Below are positions 10,474-20,137 of a stretch of 64,000 nucleotides of DNA, one piece after another. The stretch spans positions 30,474 through 94,473 of the forward strand of contig CAZHQX010000001.1 of assembly GCA_964534195.1 (NCBI GenBank). Direction: 5' to 3'. The position numbers and the translations under genes are program-made. The stretch comes from an uncultured Oscillospiraceae bacterium (GTDB lineage: Bacteria > Bacillota > Clostridia > Saccharofermentanales > UBA5734). The notes beneath the pieces were generated by a model. That model worked only from the letters and a program-made list of their open reading frames with translations, was not told the DNA's origin and made no database searches. Position 1 is the first letter of the stretch. Each line of letters starts with the position of its first letter.

Positions 10474-10526
10474 GATTGTTAGGCTCAGAGTTAATTAGAG
10501 TCAGCTATAGTGGATATAGTTAATAA

Positions 10527-11882
<1,356 letters not shown>

Positions 11883-11932
11883 TTCAGATATGATATTTGA
11901 TCATTAACAACTGATAACATTATATTGCTCCC

Positions 11933-11988
11933 AAAGAACCAGAACTGTGTTTGCCTTGTTAGGCAACGCTGAATCTGGTTCTTTTTTG
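11933..11988 (+). terminator. rho-independent terminator after gdhA
   Basis: Outer stem AAAGAACCAGA / TCTGGTTCTTT encloses an inner TTGCCT/AGGCAA hairpin and is followed by TTTTTT. Confidence 0.8.
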
Positions 11989-12040
11989 TGCTATTATGGA
12001 GTTCGTTAAATGTAAATCTGCATATTATTGGAGGTTCAAT

Positions 12041-12697
12041 ATGTCCTGGGAAATAGTTAAGCTGCCTGTAAATGGTTTTGCCGCAAATTGTTATTGGTTG
12101 GAAAATGGTACAAATGCCTGGCTGATCGATCCGGCGGCCTGGCCAGAGAAGAAGCCGCATACTGATTCAAAGCTTCAGGGGATCATAGTCACTCATGGAC
12201 ACATGGATCATATTCTTACTGCAGATGATTGGAGATCCAGCTTCAAAGTTCCATTGATGATTCATAGCGCCGATGCTCATATGATGACTGACAGCATGGC
12301 AAATGTTTCAGCCAAATTCGGCAGACCGGTCAGTTGGCAGCCGGCTGAAGCAACCTTGGAGGATAATCAGGTTATCGATCTTGGTGATGGTTCTCAAATG
12401 ATAGTCATAAGTACGCCGGGACATACCAGTGGAGGTGTCTGCCTGCAGCTGATAGACGAAAATAAGCAGCAAATAGCTATGTTTACAGGTGACACGATAT
12501 TTGCCGATAGTGTAGGCAGAACAGATCTGGGTGGCTCAGACCAGCAGCTCATGGAATCGATTGCCAGAATAAGATCTTTACATACTGAAAGCAACGATAG
12601 CATGGTGGTATATCCTGGACATGGTCCTTCTGTCAGCTTCGGGGAACTTTGCAGGAACCATCCTTGGATGAGAGGGTCTGAAACCGTATTTGTTTGA
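12041..12697 (+). CDS. MBL-fold metallo-hydrolase (glyoxalase II-like)
   Basis: 'THGHMDH' HxHxDH motif, plus 'TPGHTSG' and 'GDTIF'. ATG 12041 follows GGAGG. Confidence 0.8.
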   Translation: MSWEIVKLPVNGFAANCYWLENGTNAWLIDPAAWPEKKPHTDSKLQGIIVTHGHMDHILTADDWRSSFKVPLMIHSADAHMMTDSMANVSAKFGRPVSWQPAEATLEDNQVIDLGDGSQMIVISTPGHTSGGVCLQLIDENKQQIAMFTGDTIFADSVGRTDLGGSDQQLMESIARIRSLHTESNDSMVVYPGHGPSVSFGELCRNHPWMRGSETVFV

Positions 12698-13783
12698 TCA
12701 ATTAATCCTAATAGGTCTGGAATTACTTATATCAGTACGATAAAGTCTGTTTATTCCTGCTCTGCGGTAGTACACATATGGCCCGATAAGGCAGAAACTG
12801 TCTACTGCATCATCTGCAGTCAGAACAGCATCCGCTATGCTTGTTTTGTTATCATTGTCGAGCTTGCTGCGAAAAAGCTGCTGTTGACTGCCGCTGTCAA
12901 TGAAATAAATCATCTGATCATAAACAGCAAACTGGCGATCGAATGAATACTCAATGATCAAAGACGGCTTAAGCTCATCCTTGTCTTGAGAAGATTCAGT
13001 CACAGTCTCTTTACCCTGACCCCCATCGTTGTCGACTAAATCGTCAAAACCACTGAGGTCAAGAGCGTATAGATGATATTGTTTCTGCAGATCGGCATAG
13101 TAGAGAAAACCATTGTCTAACTGCAAATTGCCTGCAGCAGACTCGGCAAGTCTCTCTTGACTGCTATTATCTAATTCGTACCTGATGATTCCATCCTGTG
13201 CAGACTTGCCAGCGGCATATAAACTGCTGCCTCTCAGCACAAAGCTGCTAACAGGGAAGTCCAGCAGCTTCTCACGCTTGGTACCGTCCGTCTTGATTCT
13301 GATAAGTGATCTATCAGGCTCCTCTATTGCATAGATCATATCCTGATAAAAGACGAGATTGCTCAGTGATCCGGATCCTGCTCTGACATGCGAGCTGCCA
13401 TCCAGCTTCATTTTAGAAAGAGGCCCGCTCGTGCTGCCGGCCGCGTAGAAGATCTGCTCATCAGCGATCATTGGCCATGATGCTTGTTGTTCATTCAATA
13501 CCGTGAGATTCTGACCATCCGTGTCAGCTCTGCTGAAGTTATTCTCACTGCTTGTAAAATAAATATGACGTCCGTCAGTTATGACCTGATTGCTTCCTGG
13601 AATATTAACTGATGTCGCAAGAGATCTTACAACCTCATTGTCAGTTGGTAATGAATAATTGATTTGAATGCTCTTATTATCGTCCTTGTCATTGCAGCCT
13701 GAAGCGAAAAACATGGCAGTTATCAGCACAATGATCATTATTATCGGATATAAAACTATGTGTTTAAGAGAAGTTATTCTCAT
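12698..13783 (-). CDS. lipoprotein with DUF5050-like beta-propeller repeats
   Basis: Signal peptide plus lipobox 'FFASGC'. Repeated 'IY(Y/F)...DG(T/S/Q)' blades resemble DUF5050 (family recalled from memory). Confidence 0.55.
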   Translation of the reverse strand: MRITSLKHIVLYPIIMIIVLITAMFFASGCNDKDDNKSIQINYSLPTDNEVVRSLATSVNIPGSNQVITDGRHIYFTSSENNFSRADTDGQNLTVLNEQQASWPMIADEQIFYAAGSTSGPLSKMKLDGSSHVRAGSGSLSNLVFYQDMIYAIEEPDRSLIRIKTDGTKREKLLDFPVSSFVLRGSSLYAAGKSAQDGIIRYELDNSSQERLAESAAGNLQLDNGFLYYADLQKQYHLYALDLSGFDDLVDNDGGQGKETVTESSQDKDELKPSLIIEYSFDRQFAVYDQMIYFIDSGSQQQLFRSKLDNDNKTSIADAVLTADDAVDSFCLIGPYVYYRRAGINRLYRTDISNSRPIRIN

Positions 13784-13929
13784 ATGATTTGCCCCTTATA
13801 AAATATAATTTATCAGCTGCTATTATAGCATGGATAAACCACTGATTAGCAGGTTGTTGGCAAAAGCCTATCTACGTTTGCATAATTCTGCATAATTTGA
13901 CAGTATATTTACTAATAATGATGTGAAAC

Positions 13930-13958
13930 TTGAAAAAATGTTGATTCTGATGTATAAA
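13930..13958 (+). promoter_or_regulatory. sigma-70-type promoter for the amino-acid ABC operon
   Basis: TTGAAA (13930-13935), 17-nt spacer, TATAAA (13953-13958). It leaves a ~125-nt leader. Confidence 0.45.
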
Positions 13959-14085
13959 TAGTCAGTAAACATTAATATTTCTGACTAATGCCTGCCTGGA
14001 TACCGGCTGGATGCCGGATTGGTATTTGCAGAACAAGGCGCGGTTTTCACCGCTGACAATTAGATATAGAAGGATGGGAAAAGTA

Positions 14086-14868
14086 ATGAAAAAAATGATC
14101 AGAATTACAGCAGTTGTCTGTTTGCTGGCTATGGCACTATCGATTGCCGCCTGCTCTGGAAAAGAAGTGCAAATTGGTTCACAGGAAGATCTGGTGGGCA
14201 AGGTGATCGGCGTTCAGCTGGGAACGACCGGCGATGACATCGCCAAGGAAATCGATACTAAGAGTGTTGAGCGTTATAATGCCTATGTTGATGCGATCAC
14301 ATCTCTTAAGCAGAAGAAAATTGATGCGATCATTATGGATCGGGACACTGCAACCTCATATGTTTCGATCAATGATGACCTGGTAATACTTGATGTCGGC
14401 TTTGAGCCTGAGCAGTATGCTGTAGCGGTTCAGAAAGGTGATTCTGAGCTTAAGGCAGTTGTTGATGAAGTTATTGCGGAAATGAAGAATGACGGTTCGC
14501 TTGAAGCATCGCTGGAAGCACATAAGGATTCAAATGGTGAAGCACCTGATTTCAATGTTGGAGCAGCCGGTGGCAAACTGGTTATGGGCACAGAGGCAGG
14601 ATTCCCGCCGTATGAATATATGAGCGGCAATGATGTTATCGGAACGGATGTCGATCTGATGGCATTAGTAGCAAAAAAGCTTGACAAAGAGTTGGTTGTT
14701 GAAAACATGAACTTTGATGGTCTGATCGCTGCACTGCAGCAGGGCAAGATAGATGCTATCGCTGCAGGTATGACAATTAACGAAGAGCGTAAGGTCAACG
14801 TCGATTTCTCAGTACCATATGTTGATGCATCACAAGTCGTTGTAATTCGTAAGACTAGCGCTAAATAA
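14086..14868 (+). CDS. amino-acid ABC transporter substrate-binding lipoprotein, circularly permuted lobe order
   Basis: Lipobox 'LSIAAC'. The 'GKVIGVQLGTTG...' lobe-2 segment comes before the 'GTEAGFPPYEY...GTDVDL...IDAIAAGMTINEERKVNVDFSVPY' lobe-1 segment. Confidence 0.85.
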   Translation: MKKMIRITAVVCLLAMALSIAACSGKEVQIGSQEDLVGKVIGVQLGTTGDDIAKEIDTKSVERYNAYVDAITSLKQKKIDAIIMDRDTATSYVSINDDLVILDVGFEPEQYAVAVQKGDSELKAVVDEVIAEMKNDGSLEASLEAHKDSNGEAPDFNVGAAGGKLVMGTEAGFPPYEYMSGNDVIGTDVDLMALVAKKLDKELVVENMNFDGLIAALQQGKIDAIAAGMTINEERKVNVDFSVPYVDASQVVVIRKTSAK

Positions 14869-14978
14869 GATTATTACTTATATACAGGTACACTTAACAA
14901 TCGACAAAACATAAATATTGAGAAGAGGCTGTCCTGCCCTGGCGGGGCAGCTGATTTTTTAGAAAGTGAGGGATCATA

Positions 14979-15845
14979 ATGATTGAACAGGCTGATAAGC
15001 ATGAATCCGTTGAAGAGATTGTGTTTGCATACGAGCCATCTCCCAAGCCTTTTTGGAAGCGTCATATTTATGACTTTATAATCGCTGCAGTCTTCATTAT
15101 TTTTGCTTCAATTACAGCCTTCGCGCCTCAGATTGGGTTGGATATTCCATTTTTCATTAAGTTGCGCACGAATTTTATCAATGATTTTATTGTAGATAAT
15201 AGATTCATGTGGCTGGTTACAGGTCTTGGTACAACATTGGTCATAACAGTCATGGCGACTACCCTGGGCCTGACACTTGGCCTGACATTGGCGATAATAA
15301 AGGTTCTTGATTATAACGGTAAAAGAATATTTTTTATTACCAGACTTGCGGAATACTATTTGACAGTAATTCGGGGTACACCGGTCGTTGTACAGCTGAT
15401 GATAATCTACTATGTTATCTTCGGATCGATCAGCGTCAGTAAGATACTGGTTGCGGCTCTTGCTTTTGGCATCAACAGTGGTGCCTATGTAGCAGAAATC
15501 ATCAGGGCCGGTATATTGGCTGTTGATCGTGGACAGATGGAGGCAGGACGCTCTCTTGGCTTGACCTACGGTGTGACCATGCAGAAGATAATTCTGCCGC
15601 AGGCTTTCAAAAATGTTCTGCCAGCTTTGTTCAACGAATTGATCACACTGCTAAAAGAAACAGCCGTTGCGGGATATATCGCGGTAGCTGATCTTGCCAG
15701 AGCAGGGGATATGATCAGATCAAGAACCTTCGATCCGTTGCTCCCGCTCTTTGCGGTAGCCGTTGTATATTTGGTAATGGTAATGGGATTGACCCAGTTG
15801 ATGTCAAAGATAGAAAGGAGGCTGCGTCGAAGTGATAACCGTTGA
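14979..15845 (+). CDS. amino-acid ABC transporter permease (His/Glu/Gln/Arg/opine family)
   Basis: EAA loop '[22 protein letters not shown]'. It has an extra N-terminal TM extension. Confidence 0.9.
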   Translation: MIEQADKHESVEEIVFAYEPSPKPFWKRHIYDFIIAAVFIIFASITAFAPQIGLDIPFFIKLRTNFINDFIVDNRFMWLVTGLGTTLVITVMATTLGLTLGLTLAIIKVLDYNGKRIFFITRLAEYYLTVIRGTPVVVQLMIIYYVIFGSISVSKILVAALAFGINSGAYVAEIIRAGILAVDRGQMEAGRSLGLTYGVTMQKIILPQAFKNVLPALFNELITLLKETAVAGYIAVADLARAGDMIRSRTFDPLLPLFAVAVVYLVMVMGLTQLMSKIERRLRRSDNR

Positions 15846-16560
15846 TAAATTGTGTAAAAATTTCGGTAGCCTGTCTGTTTTGAAAAATATCGACGCGGAG
15901 ATCAAGGTAGGGGAAAAAATTGTTATTGTCGGGCCTTCCGGTTCTGGCAAAAGTACTTTCCTGCGTTGTTTGAATATGCTGGATCAACCATCAGCAGGTA
16001 AGATTATCGTTGATGGTGAGGAAACAACTGCTGAGGGTACTGACATAAACGAGGTCAGGCAAAAAATGGGTATGGTTTTTCAGCATTTCAATTTATTCCC
16101 GCATTTAACTGTTGTAGAAAATATTACGCTTGCACCCATTCAGCTCAAGAAAATGAACAAGGATGATGCGATCAAAAGAGCGTATGAGTTGCTTGATCGT
16201 GTTGGCTTAAGAGAAAAAGCTAATGAATATCCAATTAAACTCTCTGGCGGTCAGAAGCAGAGGATAGCAATTGCTAGAGCTCTGGCAATGAATCCTGAAA
16301 TAATGCTATTTGATGAACCAACATCTGCACTTGATCCTGAAATGATCGGTGAGGTTTTGGACGTGATGCAGGAGCTGGCTGAAGAAGGCATGACTATGGT
16401 CGTGGTTACTCATGAGATGGGATTTGCACGTAAGGTAGCTAGCAGAGTTATGTTTATGGACGAAGGGAGAATAGTTGAACAAGGAACTCCTGAAGAGGTT
16501 TTCGGCAATCCTCAAAACGATAGAACTAAAGTGTTCCTTTCCAAGGTTTTAGCTCACTGA
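15832..16560 (+). CDS. amino-acid ABC transporter ATP-binding protein
   Basis: Walker A 'GPSGSGKST', signature 'LSGGQKQR', Walker B '[11 protein letters not shown]'. Overlaps the permease gene by 14 nt. Confidence 0.95.
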   Translation: MITVDKLCKNFGSLSVLKNIDAEIKVGEKIVIVGPSGSGKSTFLRCLNMLDQPSAGKIIVDGEETTAEGTDINEVRQKMGMVFQHFNLFPHLTVVENITLAPIQLKKMNKDDAIKRAYELLDRVGLREKANEYPIKLSGGQKQRIAIARALAMNPEIMLFDEPTSALDPEMIGEVLDVMQELAEEGMTMVVVTHEMGFARKVASRVMFMDEGRIVEQGTPEEVFGNPQNDRTKVFLSKVLAH

Positions 16561-16576
16561 AGTTGAATGTTCGCTT

Positions 16577-16615
16577 AATGGCTCTCCTGAATGAAACAGG
16601 AGGGCCATTTTTTTG
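16577..16615 (+). terminator. rho-independent terminator after the ABC operon
   Basis: 13-bp stem (AATGGCTCTCCTG / CAGGAGGGCCATT, one G-U pair) followed by T7. Confidence 0.85.
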
Positions 16616-16758
16616 ACCATTTTTGACAAAAAATGTCTGACTATCAATCAACTCAGCCGTCTTTTGCCAATATATTATAAATGGCATGAACTGGATCTAT
16701 TTTAGAAGCATCAATCTTACGATCGTTTAATACGTGGCTGAATTTGGGGGTGTTTGAT

Positions 16759-17076
16759 ATGGCTATGTCTTTGGAAGCAGCGATTACGGTACCGGTCTGC
16801 ATTATCACTTTCAGTTTAGCGCTGAGTCAGGCTGTTCCAGCTTACATACAAGCAAATACAGCGTCAGCTCTGTCTGCTGAAGCTGTGAAGGTCAGATGTG
16901 CGAACAATTCGATATTTGAGGATATAAGTGTTGAGTATCGCAGTTCGTATATGACTGCTGTGTCAACCAGTCCTGATGGTATTATTGATCTTTATCGTTT
17001 GGGTAAGGATATTCTCCGGCCGCTGGGAGATTTATGCGATAACGAGGTATCGACTGATGAAGAATCGGGCAAATAA
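16759..17076 (+). CDS. TadE-like pseudopilin-type small membrane protein (hypothetical)
   Basis: The N-terminus 'MAMSLEAAITVPVCIITFSLAL' fits the TadE-domain pattern (xxxxE-A-A-x-x-x-P plus a hydrophobic helix). ATG follows GGGGGTG. Confidence 0.5.
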   Translation: MAMSLEAAITVPVCIITFSLALSQAVPAYIQANTASALSAEAVKVRCANNSIFEDISVEYRSSYMTAVSTSPDGIIDLYRLGKDILRPLGDLCDNEVSTDEESGK

Positions 17077-18694
17077 ACAAAACTCTATAGATAAATACTC
17101 TTTTAACAGGAGACGAGGAGCAGTTACACTATTTCTTTGCTTATTGTTAGGCTCAACATCAACAATACTGTTGATTTGCCTTCAGGCTTCCGTGATTAGA
17201 AGGGATGAAGCCGCAATGATTCGTGCAGGACGTGCTGCTGCTGAGAGCTGCCTGGCAGCATATGACATTGATTTGTTGGAGGACTATGGTATTTGGGCAG
17301 TAGAGAGTGGCAATATTACAAGCGCCGCATGCGACAATCTTTTAATAGATCAGATAAACGGTCCGCAGATCAACATAAGCGCCGCAAATGACGCACTTGA
17401 TAATGAGTTGCTTTCTGCGCAGATTGCTTCATATATGAAAATAAGAGCTCCAGCTATTTGGATTGAAAAAATAACTGCAGCACTAATGTCTGTCAGTGCG
17501 CCTTCACTTGATTCTGGAACTGAGATTGTGCCTGTCAGAACAGGCAGCTCAACATCTGAAACCCCTATTAGTAAGTCTTATGGCTTATACAGAAGCGATA
17601 TATTTTCGGCTCCACTTAAACCTGATCTTAACACATTGAAGGATATCGATATGGACGATATTATGGATTTTCAAATGAAACTTCAGGAGTATATGTTTAA
17701 GTGTATTCCGTACAATCTCGCGGTTTCAGCAGTCAATAGCTGTCTTGACTGGATATTTTCACCAATTACTGAACCACTCAAGGATGCAGCAGCCAAGAAG
17801 ATCAGCAGCACCATTGATGATATGATCAAGGATAGACTCCCTGTAGATCCAGTTGATTTTGGAGCTGATGATAGTGATTATACTTCAGGTTCACTACCAG
17901 ATTATTTTGATCCTGCTGACTTGGCTGAGCTGTCCGGCTTGGCAGATCGCTTGCTTAATTCCCCAGCAAAGGCAAGTAGTGTAGCTCTTGCCGAGTATGT
18001 GCTTGCGCTATTTCCATCACAGGTCACTGAAACTATAAATAGGGATACCGGAACAAAGAATAAGATCATCACTCCTGATGGCAGGGCTCATGATAGCCTG
18101 GTCAAACGTTTATCACCGACATCTTCTGAAAAGAGCAACATTAGAAAGAATGAACTTGAAATGATAATAACAGGACTTGATTCTCCAGAGAAAGCAGCTG
18201 ACAGGATGAAAGGAAATCTGATGATGGTAAGATCGATCATCAGAATAATCGAGATTACATCTGATCAGAATAGAATGAACAGTTACCGACCGGCGGCCAA
18301 TATTATGTCTGCTTTGATAACTGCTGCAAGTGCAGGTTCTGTGAACATTGATTCTGAAACTGCTTTGTGGCTTATAGCAGTATCTGAAGCTGTCAAGTCT
18401 GCTGCAGGTGATACAAAACAGCTGATCGATGGTAAATCTGTTGCTTTGTGGACATATAAGCAGCAATCATATATTTATTTCAATTATCACGATTATATGC
18501 GTTTGTTTTTGCTCATAAGCCCTCAAGAAAAAGTACTGACAAACATATCTAAAACGATCCAACAGGCTCTGCCCGGAAATTATTCCAGCTCGCTGGAAAC
18601 AAGAATTTCTTATGGTGATAAGAGTTGCTGTTTTGTATCCTCTTATAGAGTCAATAATTCAGAAATCTTCTTTGAACATGATGAAGTCAGTTGA
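17057..18694 (+). CDS. TadG-like (Flp pilus-assembly TadE/G-like N-terminus) large membrane-anchored protein (hypothetical)
   Basis: 'RRRGAVTLFLCLLLGSTSTILLICLQASVIRRDEAAMIRAGRAAAESCLAAYD' resembles the Pfam Tad (TadE/G-like) N-terminal domain. ATG 17057 follows GAGGT and overlaps the upstream gene by 20 nt. Confidence 0.5.
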   Translation: MKNRANKQNSIDKYSFNRRRGAVTLFLCLLLGSTSTILLICLQASVIRRDEAAMIRAGRAAAESCLAAYDIDLLEDYGIWAVESGNITSAACDNLLIDQINGPQINISAANDALDNELLSAQIASYMKIRAPAIWIEKITAALMSVSAPSLDSGTEIVPVRTGSSTSETPISKSYGLYRSDIFSAPLKPDLNTLKDIDMDDIMDFQMKLQEYMFKCIPYNLAVSAVNSCLDWIFSPITEPLKDAAAKKISSTIDDMIKDRLPVDPVDFGADDSDYTSGSLPDYFDPADLAELSGLADRLLNSPAKASSVALAEYVLALFPSQVTETINRDTGTKNKIITPDGRAHDSLVKRLSPTSSEKSNIRKNELEMIITGLDSPEKAADRMKGNLMMVRSIIRIIEITSDQNRMNSYRPAANIMSALITAASAGSVNIDSETALWLIAVSEAVKSAAGDTKQLIDGKSVALWTYKQQSYIYFNYHDYMRLFLLISPQEKVLTNISKTIQQALPGNYSSSLETRISYGDKSCCFVSSYRVNNSEIFFEHDEVS

Positions 18695-19700
18695 AATCGA
18701 TCATACATATAAACTTGAGGTTGGATCCAAGTGTGGATCAATAGCACTTGAGGCTGCTATTTCAATATCACTTATGTTGCTTGTAATATTCTTTATGCTG
18801 ATGGCGATCATTGCATCACAGCTAGAAGCTGCCATGGGAGCTTCACTTGATAATACAGCAGCCGAAATCAGTTTGGTTATACCAATTGCTGATTTGATAA
18901 TAGAAGCAAGTGAACCGGCTCAAGAAATTCTTGCTGAGTTGAAAGATATAGATCATCAGCTCTCTGATGATCCAATTATCAGCCTTCTTTATGATGGTCA
19001 TGTCACAGATTTGTTGTCATCTGTGCTTTTGGGTGAGTTGTTAGAAAGACGTTGTAATTTCTGGCTGCATGATGCCTCAAGTGGACAGAAGCTCTATCTG
19101 CATCTGCTATGCGACAAGCATATCGAAATGATCTGGCATGAGGATGAGAACCATCTGATACTAGAGGCTGACTTCAAAATCAAAACTGTATTTGGAAACT
19201 TAGAGCGTACAGTCAGGTCGATCGTGCCGCTCTGGACTGGCAAAAGCAGAGCTGTTGAGAATAGTGAAGACGGGCCGAATGTCTGGGATCTTGACAATTT
19301 TAGCAGGGGTATTGCCCTAAGGGAGCATTTTGGTGCGGAATTACCGCTGAATTACCCTGTAATAGCATCATTCAAGGATAATTCGGCTTGCGCAATAAGA
19401 AGTATGGATCTTACCGCAAAATCATATCAGGATAATAACAGAGTAATAAAAGTTGTTGCCGGCGAAATCAACCGACTTGCCGATTTTAGTGGTTATAAAG
19501 GGTCAGCTAAGATGCCACGTATCGATAATGACATGATATCTAAGCGTAAGCTTATGTTAGTTATACCATCAAACAGCCCAGACAAATTCGAGAATCAGAT
19601 TTTGCCGGAGCTGATAATGCTTGCAGAATCAAGGTCTGTGGATCTTGAGGTGATTCGATATCTAGACAGTGATAGGAAGCAAGCTGAACTTGTATCTTAA
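18678..19700 (+). CDS. TadE-like pseudopilin-type protein with a C-terminal globular domain (hypothetical)
   Basis: 'KCG/SIALEAAISISLMLLVIFFML' has a G at -1 and E at +5, like a prepilin-peptidase site, followed by a hydrophobic helix. It overlaps the upstream gene by 17 nt. An alternative start is at 18612. Confidence 0.5.
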   Translation: MMKSVEIDHTYKLEVGSKCGSIALEAAISISLMLLVIFFMLMAIIASQLEAAMGASLDNTAAEISLVIPIADLIIEASEPAQEILAELKDIDHQLSDDPIISLLYDGHVTDLLSSVLLGELLERRCNFWLHDASSGQKLYLHLLCDKHIEMIWHEDENHLILEADFKIKTVFGNLERTVRSIVPLWTGKSRAVENSEDGPNVWDLDNFSRGIALREHFGAELPLNYPVIASFKDNSACAIRSMDLTAKSYQDNNRVIKVVAGEINRLADFSGYKGSAKMPRIDNDMISKRKLMLVIPSNSPDKFENQILPELIMLAESRSVDLEVIRYLDSDRKQAELVS

Positions 19701-19792
19701 GTCCTAATGAGTTATCATTTTAAGGTATTTGACAGGTCGTCATCAGATGGCCTGTTTCGTTGCATTCAGTCAGCTTCGAGGTGATATAAAGA

Positions 19793-20137
19793 ATGAATGG
19801 GAAGCTAAGAGACGAGAGTACGGATATGCTGTTTCAAGGGATTTTGAGCCTGGACAGCCTTGATGAATGCTATGCATTCTTCGAAGATATTTGTACGATC
19901 GCTGAGATAAAATCTCTGGCGCAGCGACTTCAGGTCGCTGTTATGCTGCGGGGTGGGAAAACTTATACTGAGATCTGTGATTTGACCGGAGTCAGCACTG
20001 CTACCATAAGCAGAGTTAATAGATCACTGGAATATGGTGCTGATGGCTACAAAATAGTACTTGATAAATTGGGAATTGAAGAAATTCATCCTGACAGACA
20101 TAATTATGACAAGACCGGAAAGGAATCAACTAAATGA
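19793..20137 (+). CDS. TrpR-like YerC/YecD family DNA-binding protein
   Basis: '[58 protein letters not shown]' is typical of the YerC/YecD family. Confidence 0.8.
   Translation: MNGKLRDESTDMLFQGILSLDSLDECYAFFEDICTIAEIKSLAQRLQVAVMLRGGKTYTEICDLTGVSTATISRVNRSLEYGADGYKIVLDKLGIEEIHPDRHNYDKTGKESTK

Noticed and set aside
16616-16758. Search for a small Flp-type pilin ORF or a clear promoter upstream of the Tad-like cassette.
   Set aside because: Only 14-15-codon ORFs without hydrophobic pilin cores are present. The promoter candidates have poor -10 hexamers, so none is reported.
18950-19700. The C-terminal part of the third Tad-like protein ('LNYPVIASFKDNSACAIRSMDLTAKSY...') reminded me of restriction-endonuclease-fold toxin domains ('fPviD.f...a.SiKs.D').
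   Set aside because: This is only a vague resemblance recalled from memory. The positions that would be the catalytic Asp and Lys are Ala and Arg here, and there is no immunity-like gene downstream. It is not reportable without an HMM or structural search.
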